A stretch of DNA of 64,000 bases, from positions 1 to 64,000 of the forward strand of contig JAVECO010000111.1 in the NCBI GenBank assembly GCA_051942205.1, read 5' to 3'. The DNA is from Coniocarpon cinnabarinum (taxonomy: Eukaryota). The notes below the pieces were generated by a model, which saw nothing but the letters and a program-made list of their open reading frames with translations, did no database searches and was not told the origin of the DNA. Below, piece by piece: positions 12,640-24,478 of this stretch (the first letter of the stretch is position 1; every line of letters begins with the position of its first letter). Made by a program: the position numbers and the translations under genes.

Positions 12640-13162
12640 GTACCTGACCAAGTTTGGCATGTCTTCCGACCAGCGGCGGAGATTTCCACAATGCAAGGGC
12701 CAGTATACGCGTCTATGGATCTCGTTTCGGCGTGTCACGATACGAAGTCGATGTCTTGAAAAGATGAGTAATGGTAATTGACATTGTATCCAGAAGATTC
12801 GACAGGATCTCGTTTTCGTCGCCGTCAACGTCTGCTTCTTCAGGGTCCGCATTCTCGGGGTCTCCCTCTTTAGAGTCGCGGTCGGGGTCAATAATGTAGC
12901 GCAGAGTTTCCTCCAATTCGGAAAGCAATTGATTGGCTTCCTTTACAAGGTTTGGAGCGGCGGCCCATCGACTTTCCAATGATGAGCTCCCCGTTTGCAG
13001 CGCTCCATTGTCGCTGGCGTGTATCCAGACGTGAAAACGGCCCAAGATGTCCTTAAGCCGCTCCGATGTTGAAAGGTTTCCAGTGCCTTTCAAGATCTCA
13101 CTGAAGAGGTCTAAGCAGACCTGTGCGCGCTCAGCAATAGTTTTTGAGTCGTTTCCCTCCAT
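12640..13162 (-). pseudogene. Truncated paralog of the N-terminus of the 20439 C2H2/SANT gene
   Basis: LGRFHVW..DNGALQTGSSSLESR..LLSELEETLRY..ILSNLL..SITITHLFKTS..RDP* aligns with LGRFKLW.NNIGALQKGRSSLDSR..LLSELGETLYY..ILSDLL..SITITNLFKTS..RDPW. TGG>TAG stop at 12713-12715; homology continues past it (RILAL..W). Confidence 0.85.
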
Positions 13163-14224
13163 TTGAACAAATGATTGATTGAGTTTATTTGCAGAAGAGT
13201 CTATCAATGGGATACCTTGGATATTTATGTTCGACGAAGAGCGGACACTCTCGCGTTGGAGCGGAGTTGTTGGGGCGATATCACCGAAGAAGCCGCGAAT
13301 GTCCTGTGTTTCATCACGCAGGAAAATGATGGGTTTCAGATTGTCATGCCGGGAAAATGAGGCATGGTGGCACGCGACGGCTTTGCATACCGTGCAGATA
13401 TCCGTTCAGTGATGCATTGCATTACTGCGATGCGAATGATGAAACGTCTCGATGCATTCAGACGGCTTTGCTCAGCGCTTACTTTTTCCTAACAGCGCTT
13501 GGTCGGCAGGCGGATTCGAAACCATCTATATTCGTCAAGTCTGCATTCCCACAAGACACTTGAGCTTCTCTTCTGCTATTTCCATTCGCTTAGCTCGTAT
13601 ATGTAGTTGATACCAGAGTGAAGATGGACGTTTCCAAATGCAGAGCAGGGTCTGAAGAGTTGGTGTGCCTTTCGCTAAGGTTAGATCGGGGAATGGATCG
13701 AAACCTTGTATTACTTATTGGGTCTGCAGGTATGTTGCGGGTCTGCAGGTATGTTGCGTCTCATGAGATGCGCAGGCATTTAAACTACTAAATCTAGTGC
13801 TGCAATGGTCTCAAGGGGCAGTATTCAAGATCTTGAGTTTTCGCGAAGGAAAATAAAGTAATCTGGACCGTCGTCGCGTGAAACATCTTCTAGTAAACAT
13901 CGCGGGTATGTGAATACAAGTTGTTGACGATATCAAAATATGAAATTTCAAGCTCAATCCATGGCTACCACTTCTTAATAATTATTTTGCCTTCCTGAAA
14001 CACATAAAGTCGGCATGCTGGTTTTCGAGAACCACTTCTGATAGTGCTTTGATTCAAAGCCACATGAGCGACAGATAGACGTGCAAACGCCGACGTTGAG
14101 GCACGTCACGTCTCCGCGATTGTCTGGTGTTTACAGAATATCTAGGAATGGAATGGAGCAACGTCGTGAACGCTATTGTAAGTTTACTCACGCAAGAGAG
14201 GTGTCACAATAGTCATACAATCCT

Positions 14225-14619
14225 TCAGGAGAGGACTGTAACGAAGCTGTCAAACACGTGTGCAGATTACCATCCTGGGCTCGATGGGGTTCTGTGGCTT
14301 TCTAGGTACCTGCCACCTACATCATCTTACAGGCGTGTGTCCCCCACTGATACTCCGGACAACCCTTCCAGCAACGCTTGCCTAACTCTTTCGCCGGTTC
14401 CTTCCCCTGCTCCTCACCCTCCTCCTGCTCCTGCTGCAGCTCCGGAATAACAGGGATGTTGTCACTACCCGTGGGCACGTTCTCGGGAATGACGGCAGTA
14501 GGGACGGCAGTAGGGACTGCAGTAGGGACGATGTCAGAGGTGGCTTCGATCGGGGCGGCGGTCGCGGAGAGGGCGTATGTCGCGAGCAAGACGGCGACGA
14601 CGGTTTGTTTGGAGGGCAT
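14225..14619 (-). CDS. Small secreted prepro-peptide (signal peptide, (VPTA)n/acidic pro region, Kex2 KR site, short Cys-containing C-peptide)
   Basis: MPSKQTVVAVLLATYALSATA signal; ..ELGKR|CWKGCPEYQWGTHA. It ends CKMM* (14317) if unspliced, or FLS* (14225) if the intron 14330-14236 (GTAAGA..TTGAC..TACAG) is used. Confidence 0.75.
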
Positions 14620-15956
14620 TGTGCTAGCTTTTGTCGGGGGTGATGGATGAACTTTTCAAAAGATTTACAAAAGAATTGGAATGGAAGAGGGCCACCAGGG
14701 CTGTTCGTCGGCTTCGTTGGGATAATCGTCGTGGATGGGTGAGCGGATTGTGTGCTATGGAGGGGGTACATGTCTTATACTTCTAAAGATAAAGCCGTTG
14801 GCTCCGGTTCTTTGTTAGATACGGTGTTGGCTGATTGACACAAGTAGTACATTGTCTTTGTTTGAGCTTGGCTTCACAGTGCCATTGTTCGAAGTGAAGA
14901 CACGTTAGTCACATCGATAGTGCGGCTTCAATAGAGTAACTTAGCAAAGGAGTAACGTGAAGTATACTCCAGGCTACGCTCTTACGTGAGCAAGTGCATT
15001 GTAGTGACTACACCATACGTGACTAAGATTCGACCACGAGGCTTCCTCGACGACGCTGAATGTGTCGATATGAAGAGGTCTTCTTTCTGGATCATCATGA
15101 CGGGGGATATTGAGCTCCAGCGAATTGGCATTGACGTAGTCTTGGATGGCCTCAATGAAATAGGCGTATTATGATTTAGTCCAGCATCCGTTCGATAACA
15201 TAGCAGTCCAGTAGTGTTTCAAATGACAGGAGATATTCTCCAAGTCTCAGGTATCTCGCACTACCCTGGTCTTGGGTCTCTTCATACTCCATCATCCCCA
15301 ACAACAAACACGTCTCCCACCCTCAATTTTCAGCGCCACACACTCGTTTCACCCGTAGTCGACTCAGAATTCTCCACAGAGTAGAATGATACCAAAATCA
15401 ACGCAATTCAAGCGAGATTCAAAAATCACCCTCGCCGACTTTATTAGCGACAGCGCCAAGCTTGGGAAGGTCGACGGGATCGAACTTTTGAAAAGTGCTC
15501 GGATTGGACTCGGAGTTGGTGTGTTTTGATCGCTGTGATTCAGTGATTTGAGTTATGTATTTGGAATTTTGCTCTGAGTGGTTTGAAGAGTGGTGAATTT
15601 TCGGGGTCGGAGGGTGGTGTATTCCGAATGGGCTGCGCTAGGCGGTCAGGGGTATGGCTGGCCCCCTAGTTTTAGGGGATGAAAGCCTAAATTTGGGGGC
15701 TTCGCGGGCCCCGTCAATACCTTAATAATACACGCTGCTCTTCTTCTATCAATGGTCTATTCCTATTTCTAAGAACTGACACAAGTATAGGGAAGGGTTT
15801 CTGTACAGTATGCGCTCTTTTGAAAGTAACTACACAGATATGGGGGAATTATGGTGCTTTGCCGACTGCCGTTCAAGACTTGAATGTATAGGGAGCTCCG
15901 CAGAAAATTGGCGGGTCTGCTTGCGTGGTGCTGTTCACCAATCATGATGAAATGTT

Positions 15957-16676
15957 TCAATGGTAGTCTGGGCTCATCTCCGGCTGTAAGATGCTCTCGC
16001 CAGCACGTCTCCAGTCGTCGCCACTAATCCACCCAATATAAGCTCGATCTCCAAATCCGCCAATCCAATAGACTTCCTTAACCACCATACGCGCCCAGTA
16101 ACTCTCATGTATCTCATTCCCAGGTAGCCAACTTTCCGCATCTTCATGCCGCTTCAAGAAGCATTCTTCAATTTTCCTTTCTTTGACACCCGCGTCCGTC
16201 ATTGGTTCGACATAGCCAAAGAGAGTATATCGCGGATGTGCGGCCTGGCTTTCCCAGTCTTGTCCAGTGGGAGCGTGCGATGTAACAGCCAGACTAACAT
16301 TGGAACCAGATGCCCAATTCTTCGCTGATGTGGAAATCGATATGGCTAGCAGTGTGGGATTGCCAGTGTCCTCGCAATCGGCGATGTATTCGGGCAGGCC
16401 TACAGGCAGACCAGCGACTGTGTCAGGACGGTTCTCTAATGTGCTTGCATCAAAGGCAGGGTCGAAACTATGAAGGCTCGGGCGGGTAGAAGGATATGTG
16501 GTGGAGAGGACGGCATAACGTTCGTTGGACAGAATGCGGCGTGCTTGGATCGCGGATTCGAAGGGAGTAGGGATTCGGTTTGTGGTATCGATTTCTATGG
16601 GATTAGAGAATAGGCGTTGTTGTTGCAGCGGAAAGGGCGCTACCAGGGCAGCTTGCAATAGGATAGATATCATCAT
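15957..16676 (-). CDS. Secreted CREG-like / pyridoxamine-phosphate-oxidase-like FMN-binding split-barrel protein
   Basis: Signal peptide; ESAIQARRIL, PVGLPEYIADCE..GNPTLLAI, PRYTLFGY, CFLKRHEDAESWLPGNEIH and VYWIGGFGDRAYIGWI. Confidence 0.88.
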   Translation of the reverse strand: MMISILLQAALVAPFPLQQQRLFSNPIEIDTTNRIPTPFESAIQARRILSNERYAVLSTTYPSTRPSLHSFDPAFDASTLENRPDTVAGLPVGLPEYIADCEDTGNPTLLAISISTSAKNWASGSNVSLAVTSHAPTGQDWESQAAHPRYTLFGYVEPMTDAGVKERKIEECFLKRHEDAESWLPGNEIHESYWARMVVKEVYWIGGFGDRAYIGWISGDDWRRAGESILQPEMSPDYH

Positions 16677-17176
16677 GTTTGAGGCGTATAGGACACGGAA
16701 ATCAGCACTAAGTTGGATGAAGGTTTTGGTATGATGAGTGTGCTATAAGATGGTCCTGCCGCATTATAGGCCAACTTGATTCTTGTGAATAAGGCGGGAA
16801 AATTCAGATTCAGACATATGTACAGTTGTATTCAGGTTCATCCAAGCTCTGGCTGGCTATACGGAGAGCAGGTGTCTAACATGACTGAATGCCTATGGAA
16901 GTACCAGATGACCATGATGTCATGTAGTCTACATGGATGATACTGCTAGTCCAGGCTGAGCTTAGTGCATATGAAAGCCAAGCTATCATCCAAGCCCTAC
17001 CGGAGAGCTTCTTGAGTACATATTTCTGTCTTTACTCCTGTAATCATTTCGTTCAAGGAGAGGCTTGACATGCTGTCACGCCGTCACGAAACACTTCCCC
17101 AAATGCATATTCTGAGTGCGCGATGCAACACTACTTCATCGCGTGCGGCTGCTGCTATGCCGCAGGGAGTTTACTG

Positions 17177-20016
17177 TCAAAGTACCTCACTTTCCACCCA
17201 AACGTCCAGTACTTTTTGAAGGGGCTGGACAATGTCATCATGAGCCTGCTGCCAGAAGTGGGGATCTGAAGTCTTTGAAGCGCCAATCTGCATGGCGTGC
17301 GCATAGCACTTGCGAACAGCCGCACAATACGAAAAGCCAAGTCGGAGCTCGACCTCTTCGAAAAGTTCCGGAACGGCTGCTCTGGCAGTCGAGGAGTGAG
17401 CCTTGCCATCGGGCCCGCAGAATTTTTTGTAAGCGGACAGGCTTTCGATTGGCATTCCGAGGCAAAGCTCCGCAAGACAGATGCTCAGCCGGACGAACGC
17501 ATCTTCTGGATCATGTGCCGTGGTGTGACAAAGACTGCTTTCTTGTGGAAAATGGTGCTCGAGAAGCGCAGTGCGTCTTTTGCGTCGACCACTCTGATCT
17601 TCTAGGTCTAGGCAAACAATCTCTTTGCCAAAGTTTGAACGATACCAAGGAGTGCCAAATATGTAAAAGAAGGAAGAGGTCAAATCGACAGCAAGGTTGA
17701 TCCGTTCCGACATTGACAGGCTGTTTAGGTTTCTGGATCCATCTGTGTCCGTTCTCTGCGTACTCAAGAGTTCGGATAAACAGACGAAAGAAAAGGCGCT
17801 GTCGATTTGCCTGCTTCGCACGTCGGTGCGTGACAGGACTACTTGTCGTTTTCCTGCGAATACGTGTCAGTTCAGGTCGTCGCCTACTAAGGACGAAGGC
17901 TCGTGGCGTGCAAAGACGTGCTTCGTACGTTGCGGAGCCGAGCTGACATACCTTCCAAAAACGGGCCCATGCTGGCACGACTGTCATCAAGAGCTTCAGT
18001 GAGCTTTACACACAGATGTTGAGGAACATTGGCACATGCGTCCATGCTGCGAGCTTGGTGGATCGTGGAGACGGTCGAAATCGACGATGACGTCTGCCGC
18101 TGCACAAAATCAGAAATAACTCTTTGAGCATTGGAGCACTGCCCCAACACCGTGACGTGGATTCGCAAATTATCCAACAAGCTGCTCGGGGAAACGCTCA
18201 TCGAGCAGGATGCAGTGACTGGGTTGCATTGACTGGGTTGCATATGTACAGCCTGTGTCATGTTCGTTGCTTGAATGCCAAGAGGAAACGAGCATCAATT
18301 GTTCAATGGGCAGAGAAGCGCTTGACTTACCAACGCAAACGATTCCTGAAAGCTCACTTTCTTCTTTCGGAAATACTTCCTGCCGATCTGCGACTGCGCT
18401 TGCTGGCTGAGGTCGTTGTTACCGAGCGAAGGTGCCTCAGTTTGGTTCAAATCATCCGGGCAATGCTCGGTGAGTGAGCATACCATGAACCCTTGCCATA
18501 TTAATTTTCTTCGCTCAGGCTCTTCAATGGCTAAGCAAATTTCAAAGGGCACATCGTGCGGGTCAATGCCTTGCGGCGCCAGCGTGCTCGTGGAGCTGGT
18601 GGACGTGCCTTGCCGTATCCTCTTCTGCTTCAGCAAGATCCTTGCGCTGTGCGACGCCCCGCAAGTACAAGGCCATTGCTTCGAGAAGAAATCATACAAT
18701 GATGTAACTCGATCGCGCAACTTTTGTATGACAGGGAACTTCCGCTTGCTACGTTGCCTCTCGAGAACGTCTAGCTTCTCGCTGTCTTCCAGCAGCTCAG
18801 TCAGTGCTTTGTTAAGGCTATCTATGGAGGCCAGACTTTGAAGTAGTTCGGAGCGACTCCAAGATATTCGTATTCTTTTCCATTCAAACCGCCAGTCGAT
18901 TTGGCTCGAGGAACGAAGAGCGACTTTGTCCAAAACTTGGCCAGCCTTACGGATGTCAGCGACTCATACTAGGCTTGGTCCCTCTTCTGAACGGCAGATC
19001 GTCTTTTTCATCGCAGAAGCAGAAAAGACGTGCATAGCAACGGTAACAGTCCCCGCAGCCTGGACTTGGCCGACCTGAGTAACAGACTTACTTGCACGTA
19101 CTTCTGTATTTCTTCCTAACGCTCTGAGTCAGCTCCCGTTCACATTAGAAAAAGTCGTATTCGGATGCATGTCGAGGGTATAAACAAAGCCTCAAGCCCA
19201 TGTGAAGTGTTTTCAACTGGGAAGTGCCACCTTTGACGCGGTAAATCAATACAAGAGGCGGAACAGCGGTCCTGAGCCAAGTGAGGGATCTTCATGCCCC
19301 AGATATGATCACCTTCAGTGCTGACGCGACAAGTATAACGACTGAATCTCTGGTACTTGCTTGATTTGGCCACCAAGTGGGGCCGCAGCCCTGGACAGGA
19401 GCAAGATTTAGCTTACCTTCACATGGGGATCGATGGCAAGTTGTGATTCAAAATTTCGAATCTCATCTTGAAGGCGCTGAATCGTTGTGCAGTAACTTCA
19501 GTCAAACGGATCAGCTGTTGTACCCAAACTTGTTGCTAGCGATATGAAATCGCGGAGCAATGGCACGAGATGCCTCGACATGCTCATCAGCTTCTTGCGT
19601 TCCTTGCGATGCTTTGATTACAATGTGTAGTCAAGGCCTGTCTGTCATAGCAGGGAACCGTCCACGGAGCAGCCCAACGCATGCTGGAAAAAGACCCACC
19701 TCGAATAAATACTGGCACTGTTGAAACGCCGTCTTAGCCCTTCTTCGAGGTCAGGATTTCTCCATGCTGCTCCATTTGGTGCTTGGAGAAGAGTTTCCAG
19801 CTCGTGGTCATCGTCGACAAGCGGAAGGAGCAGCAGTTTGGCATTGATCTCGAGTCTTTGTTGTTGATGCTGTATGCCTTGTCGAAGCGTGAGGTATGTC
19901 TTGCGGAATCTCAACCAAGCTCCAACCGGTTTGCACCCTTCCTGATAACCTTGTATCAGAGAGATTACTACAGGCAGTGTGCTGAGCACCAGGCCTGCGA
20001 CTTCTACTCCCGACAT
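17177..20016 (-). CDS. HeLo-like N-terminal domain + degenerate kinase-like C-terminal domain (DUF7580-type architecture), 5 exons
   Basis: Start MSGVEVAGLVLSTLPVVISLIQGY at 20016. Canonical GT..AG introns give an in-frame splice through SYCTTIQRL, AGQVLDK..WKRIRISW..WPCTCGASHSARILL, RQTSSS..HLC and ERINLAVDLTSS..TPW..LSICLAELCLGMPI..YCAAVRKC..FWQQAHDDIVQPL. Confidence 0.8.
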
Positions 20017-20438
20017 ATGAACGCAAACACAGTCTCCGCGTAGAACCACATGGCAATCGTCGTGATGCCGACCGAGATGCTATGAAAGTAGGCTGCTTGC
20101 AATTCAACTGATGTAGAATGAAAGATAGGCTTAGTTTCGTTGCCTTGTGCGGGGTCAGATTATGTACCTCCGTCCCCCGACACCAAACCCTTCCATCAAT
20201 TCCCAGACTACCATGGTGCCATCGCAGTAGTAGTATAGACCTCAAGAAAACATATTGCCCATAATATGCCGAGTGCCGTCGCTCGTCTTGCGTCCTGAAA
20301 CACAGTGGAATACTTCGGCTGCTTTAGTGACCTCAACGCTGCTAGTGGCGGCCCTCAGCGAGAGTATCTACTCTTTAATACGAGCAAAAGCCCCATCTGT
20401 CAGGTTCCTCCTGTGAAGAAATTCAATGAGTCATAGCG

Positions 20439-23400
20439 ATGGAGATTTCCCCGTCAATGTCTATAGCCGAGATAGCGAAAGAATGTCTCGATCGTTTTGC
20501 TAAAGTCCCGGAAGGCGATAGAGGTTTGCCTTCACAACAAACTGTCAGCGAAAGCTTAGGACGTTTCAAGCTTTGGGCAAACAACATCGGAGCTCTGCAA
20601 AAAGGTCGCTCGTCATTAGACAGTCGATTGGGTGCTTCGAGCCTTGCAAAAGAAGTCAAAACGTTACTTTCAGAACTGGGAGAAACTCTGTACTACCTTA
20701 CTAGCCCTGATGCTGACGACGACGACGACGACGACGCTGCCGAAGAAGCATCCTCAGCTAATCTTGACGACGATATATTATCAGATCTTTTGGAAGCAGC
20801 GTCGATTACAATCACGAACCTCTTCAAGACGTCGGTCTTAATACGCAATGCGCCGACGCGAGATCCATGGAAACGCATACTGGCCCTCCCAGCGTGGGAT
20901 GCCAGGCCGATGGTCGACAATGTTGTACAGAGATGCCCGAAACTTAAACATGAACCATGGCTTGCGTGGCGTCTCGGACTTGCAAACGCACGTCGAAAGC
21001 AATTCTTTCGTTATCGAGAAGAACACGCTGCTAAGCTAGGTAAGCTCCTGGTCTCTTTTGTCTGCTTGCAAAGGCCTACGAAGCGTCACAGCGTGCCTTG
21101 AAATCGAGGATCATCTAGGCGACGTGTATATCTTCTGACTTGAGCATCAAGCTAATCCATGCATCCAGCGAATGATGTACAAGAGCATGGACCACCTGCA
21201 ACTGAGACTGACCCAACCACCTTCTACGAGGGCCCACAGCACGATCAGGAGACGCGTCATCATGACATCGAGGACGACACAACATCGGTGACTTCTTTTG
21301 CTACTTCTGTCGACTTTGGCAACGAAGAAACGATGACAATCCCTGCTGCGCCTGATGGGCATAAGGAACGTCATGTTGAATGTCCACTTTGCCGTGAAAT
21401 GATCCTGGTCCCAACGTGGCGAAGTTGGAAGTCTGTATTACCTGTAGCCAGGGTTCGGCATAAAGAGCTTGCTAACATGCTGCAGGATACACGTGTACCG
21501 CGACCTCCGACCTTGGATTTGTCTCTCTCGAGAATGTGATCTGAAAGTTTTCAGCAAGCGCCGTGACTTTCAGGCACACGATCTTCAATTTCATCGAACT
21601 GTCCACGCATGTGCTATGTGCGGTGTTAGATTTCAGAGCCGCAATGCCATCGAACAGCATATGAAATGGGTTCATCCGAATAGATACACTACATACGACC
21701 CCTGTTCACAAACAATTGTTTCCGGGAGAAATACTTCGCTGCTGACAGCCGAAATGTGTACCTTCTGCGACGAATGGGCGGAAGGTCTTGCAAGACTACA
21801 ACGTTCAAGCGCTTCATCAAACCAAGCGGTTACTGATAGACCGATAATCGTATCTGAAAAACAGTTCTACAAGCATGTAGGTCGACATATGGAGCACCTC
21901 TCATTCTTCGCGCTTCCCAAGCTACAAGAGATGCAGAACGAAACTCAGCAATCAACTTCGTCATCAGAAGAAGAAGATCTTGGTGAGATATTGGGGCCTC
22001 ACGCAGCATATGAACTGTCGTACGAATTCCAATTCCAGGAATGTCCATTATGTCATCGAAAAGGTTGGTCTACGCTTTCATGATTTGATTTGAGGTACAA
22101 AGTGTTTCAATTTTTGCACTGTCAATGATAATGTCGATGTCAACGAGAACGTAGAAATATTATTTGTGGAGATTCTTTCTGATCGTGATTGGCAGTCGCA
22201 ACTACACCTATTAGTGATGCTGGACTACTTCCAGACGATCGACTGCCAGACGGAGGGCTGGCGTTCCAATGTCCGAGTTGCAAATTCAGTGAGTCTTTTG
22301 AGTCCAGGAGCTGAGATCGAGCTGACAAGTGTAGCGCTTCTCCGCTCATCTGCAGACATCTCCACGACCCCCGAATACAATAAACATAATCGACCTTGGC
22401 TCGCAGGCAAGTGACTGATCAGTCTTCGAGATCTCAACTAGATCAGAATTAACTTTATCGTCGAAGCTCCAGGCATCTCGCAGGCAATAGAAGAGACAGA
22501 AGATGGCACTGGATACGCACGCCGCAGCAGCGAAAGGAGCGAGTCAAGCGATCCCACTGGAGTCCTGGAAGAGCAACACCCTAGGCAACATCTTGGTCCA
22601 AACACAAAACCTGCCCTGAACGAATTTAGCCATTCGGTACGGCCTCCTGGCACTGAAAGCGAGCTTACCACGAGTCATGAGCCCAGAGAGGGAAGTGTTG
22701 CTCATCCATTTGAACTGCCACCATTGCAACAAATGCTAGGACAGCCAGGATCAACACCACAACCGCCAGTTTCCACACCTCCACTTCGAGCGCCAACACC
22801 CCCACCATACCTGGTCCAAAACGAGCTTACCACGAGTGACCCATTTAGACTGCCACCATTGCAACAAATGTTCGGACAGCCAGGATCAACACCACCGCCA
22901 GTTTCCACGCCTCCACCTCGAGTGTCAACACCCCCACCACACCTGCTCCAAAGCTCGGAACTCTCCCGCATGGATAGTCTCGAGTCAAGAGAGGAAACTG
23001 CCGCTCAGCCACACAGACTGCCGCCACCGCCCGCGATACAACTTCCACAATCACCTCCTGGAACCTCTGCGGACGGCACCTGGGAACGTGATGTGGATGT
23101 GTCCCATCCACCACCGCCGCCAATACCACGGCCACCACTACCACCAAACATGCGTCGAAGCTCAGAAAGTTACCATGGAGACAGGGTTGAGCACCGGACA
23201 TTCTCTACTGCCAAGCTGGATCCGATGTCACCAGCAGCAGCACTTGATTCAGAATATGCAGGAGGCAGGTGGGTCAGAAACGATCAAGAAGCTGGAAGCT
23301 TTGCTTCTGCAGTCGGAGACTACCCCTTCAATGATGAGTGGGCCGATAGAGTATCAAGTTACTGGTCTGATCAGGAGGTCGAGATGTTTCTGTCGCTTTT

Positions 23401-24478
23401 GGAAAAGCATGGAACCGATTTCGATGCCATTGCTCGGCAAATGGGATCAAAGTCGCCTTCGATGGTCAAAAATTACTTCGACAGAACGAAGACGAAAACA
23501 TCCAATCTAGAAGTAGTAGCGAGAGAAGCAGACGGAAGAAAGCGAAGAAGCAGGCTTGGTCAGCCATTACCCCAGCGAGATCAATTGGCCAGTAGTGAGC
23601 CAAGCTCGCGGCCTGCTGCTCGACCACCACCAACGGTTGAAGCACAATCCACGACGGCTCCTGCTTACACCTCGTTCGACCACGTGAAGTCTCTTCAGTC
23701 AGCTTATGATGGCGGGACTGATATAGACCTGGAAACTGCCTCTAGCTCACCTCGCCATCAGCCAGCTAACGACAATGAAGAATCTCCAGGCTACGTACCA
23801 GATTTGCAAACTCGGCGACGCCAGCAGCACATGCTCGCTGAACAACTTCAGCACCAGGTGCTCGTCAATCAACTTCAAGCCGAGCAGTTGGCCCGCGACC
23901 GAGCATTGATGAACAGACAACAGCAGAATCCCATGGGCGTGATGCAAACTGAGCAAGATTTGAGCCCTCAGCAGCAGCAAGCTTGGCAGCAGCAAGCTCA
24001 GCAACAGCAAGTTCAGCAGCAGCAGTTGTCAAGCTATGCCAGTGCTGAAAGCGACGGAGAAACCATTGGACGCCTCCGGGTTGAACCCAACAATCAGAAG
24101 TCAAGAAGACGTATCGCCCCGAGAAGTCGTTCTCGTAGACCACCTACAGAAATGAAGCCAGCCACAAAGTCAGATAGGCGCAATCAAAGTTCGCCGAGTG
24201 ATGAAGACCGTGCAGGCTTTGACAAAATGCTTGAGCAACTCAAGGTACCGGTCGAAGAACAGGAAGAACGGGCGGATGATAGTGCAAGGGACAGCCCTGG
24301 TAAGGAGACTGTACAAAACGCGCCGCAGGCAGGCAGCAAAGTCTTTGAGCTGCCAGGTTCACAACCTGACGAACCGTATGTCCCCTTTCCTGTGAAATCA
24401 GTTCGTGTACACCCGCCGGCAGGACAGACAAGAGACGGACCTCGAACTTCAAAAAATGACCTGGGAAGATATCCGTAA
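20439..24478 (+). CDS. Multi-exon protein: helical N-domain (RFKLWANNIGA..SLDSRL), C2H2 zinc fingers, Pro-rich repeat, SANT/Myb domain, poly-Q
   Basis: Exons 20439-21039, 21169-~21430 (ECPLC..W) and 21487-~22062 (HVYRDLRPWIC, CAMC..HMKWVH, CTFC, HVGRHMEHLSFFALP). Long ORF to 24478 has SANT SYWSDQEVEMFLSLLEKHGTDFDAIARQMGSKSPSMVKNYF. The junction across 22060-22440 is uncertain, so this could be two genes or frameshifted. Confidence 0.7.
22706..22952 (+). repeat. Intragenic tandem duplication, ~135-bp unit (PF.LPPLQQM.GQPGSTP.PPVSTPP.R..TPPP.L.Q)
   Basis: ccattt..actgccaccattgcaacaaatg..ggacagccaggatcaacaccac occurs at ~22706 and ~22841. Confidence 0.9.

Noticed and set aside
13719..13758. 19-bp tandem duplication GGGTCTGCAGGTATGTTGC x2 (similar short doublets near 27252 and 27850)
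   Set aside because: Ordinary slippage duplications with no further structure.
14317..14619. Mating pheromone precursor (CKMM as CaaX)
   Set aside because: It has a signal peptide (a-type pheromones do not), only one core, no repeated alpha-type units, and a plausible intron removes CKMM.
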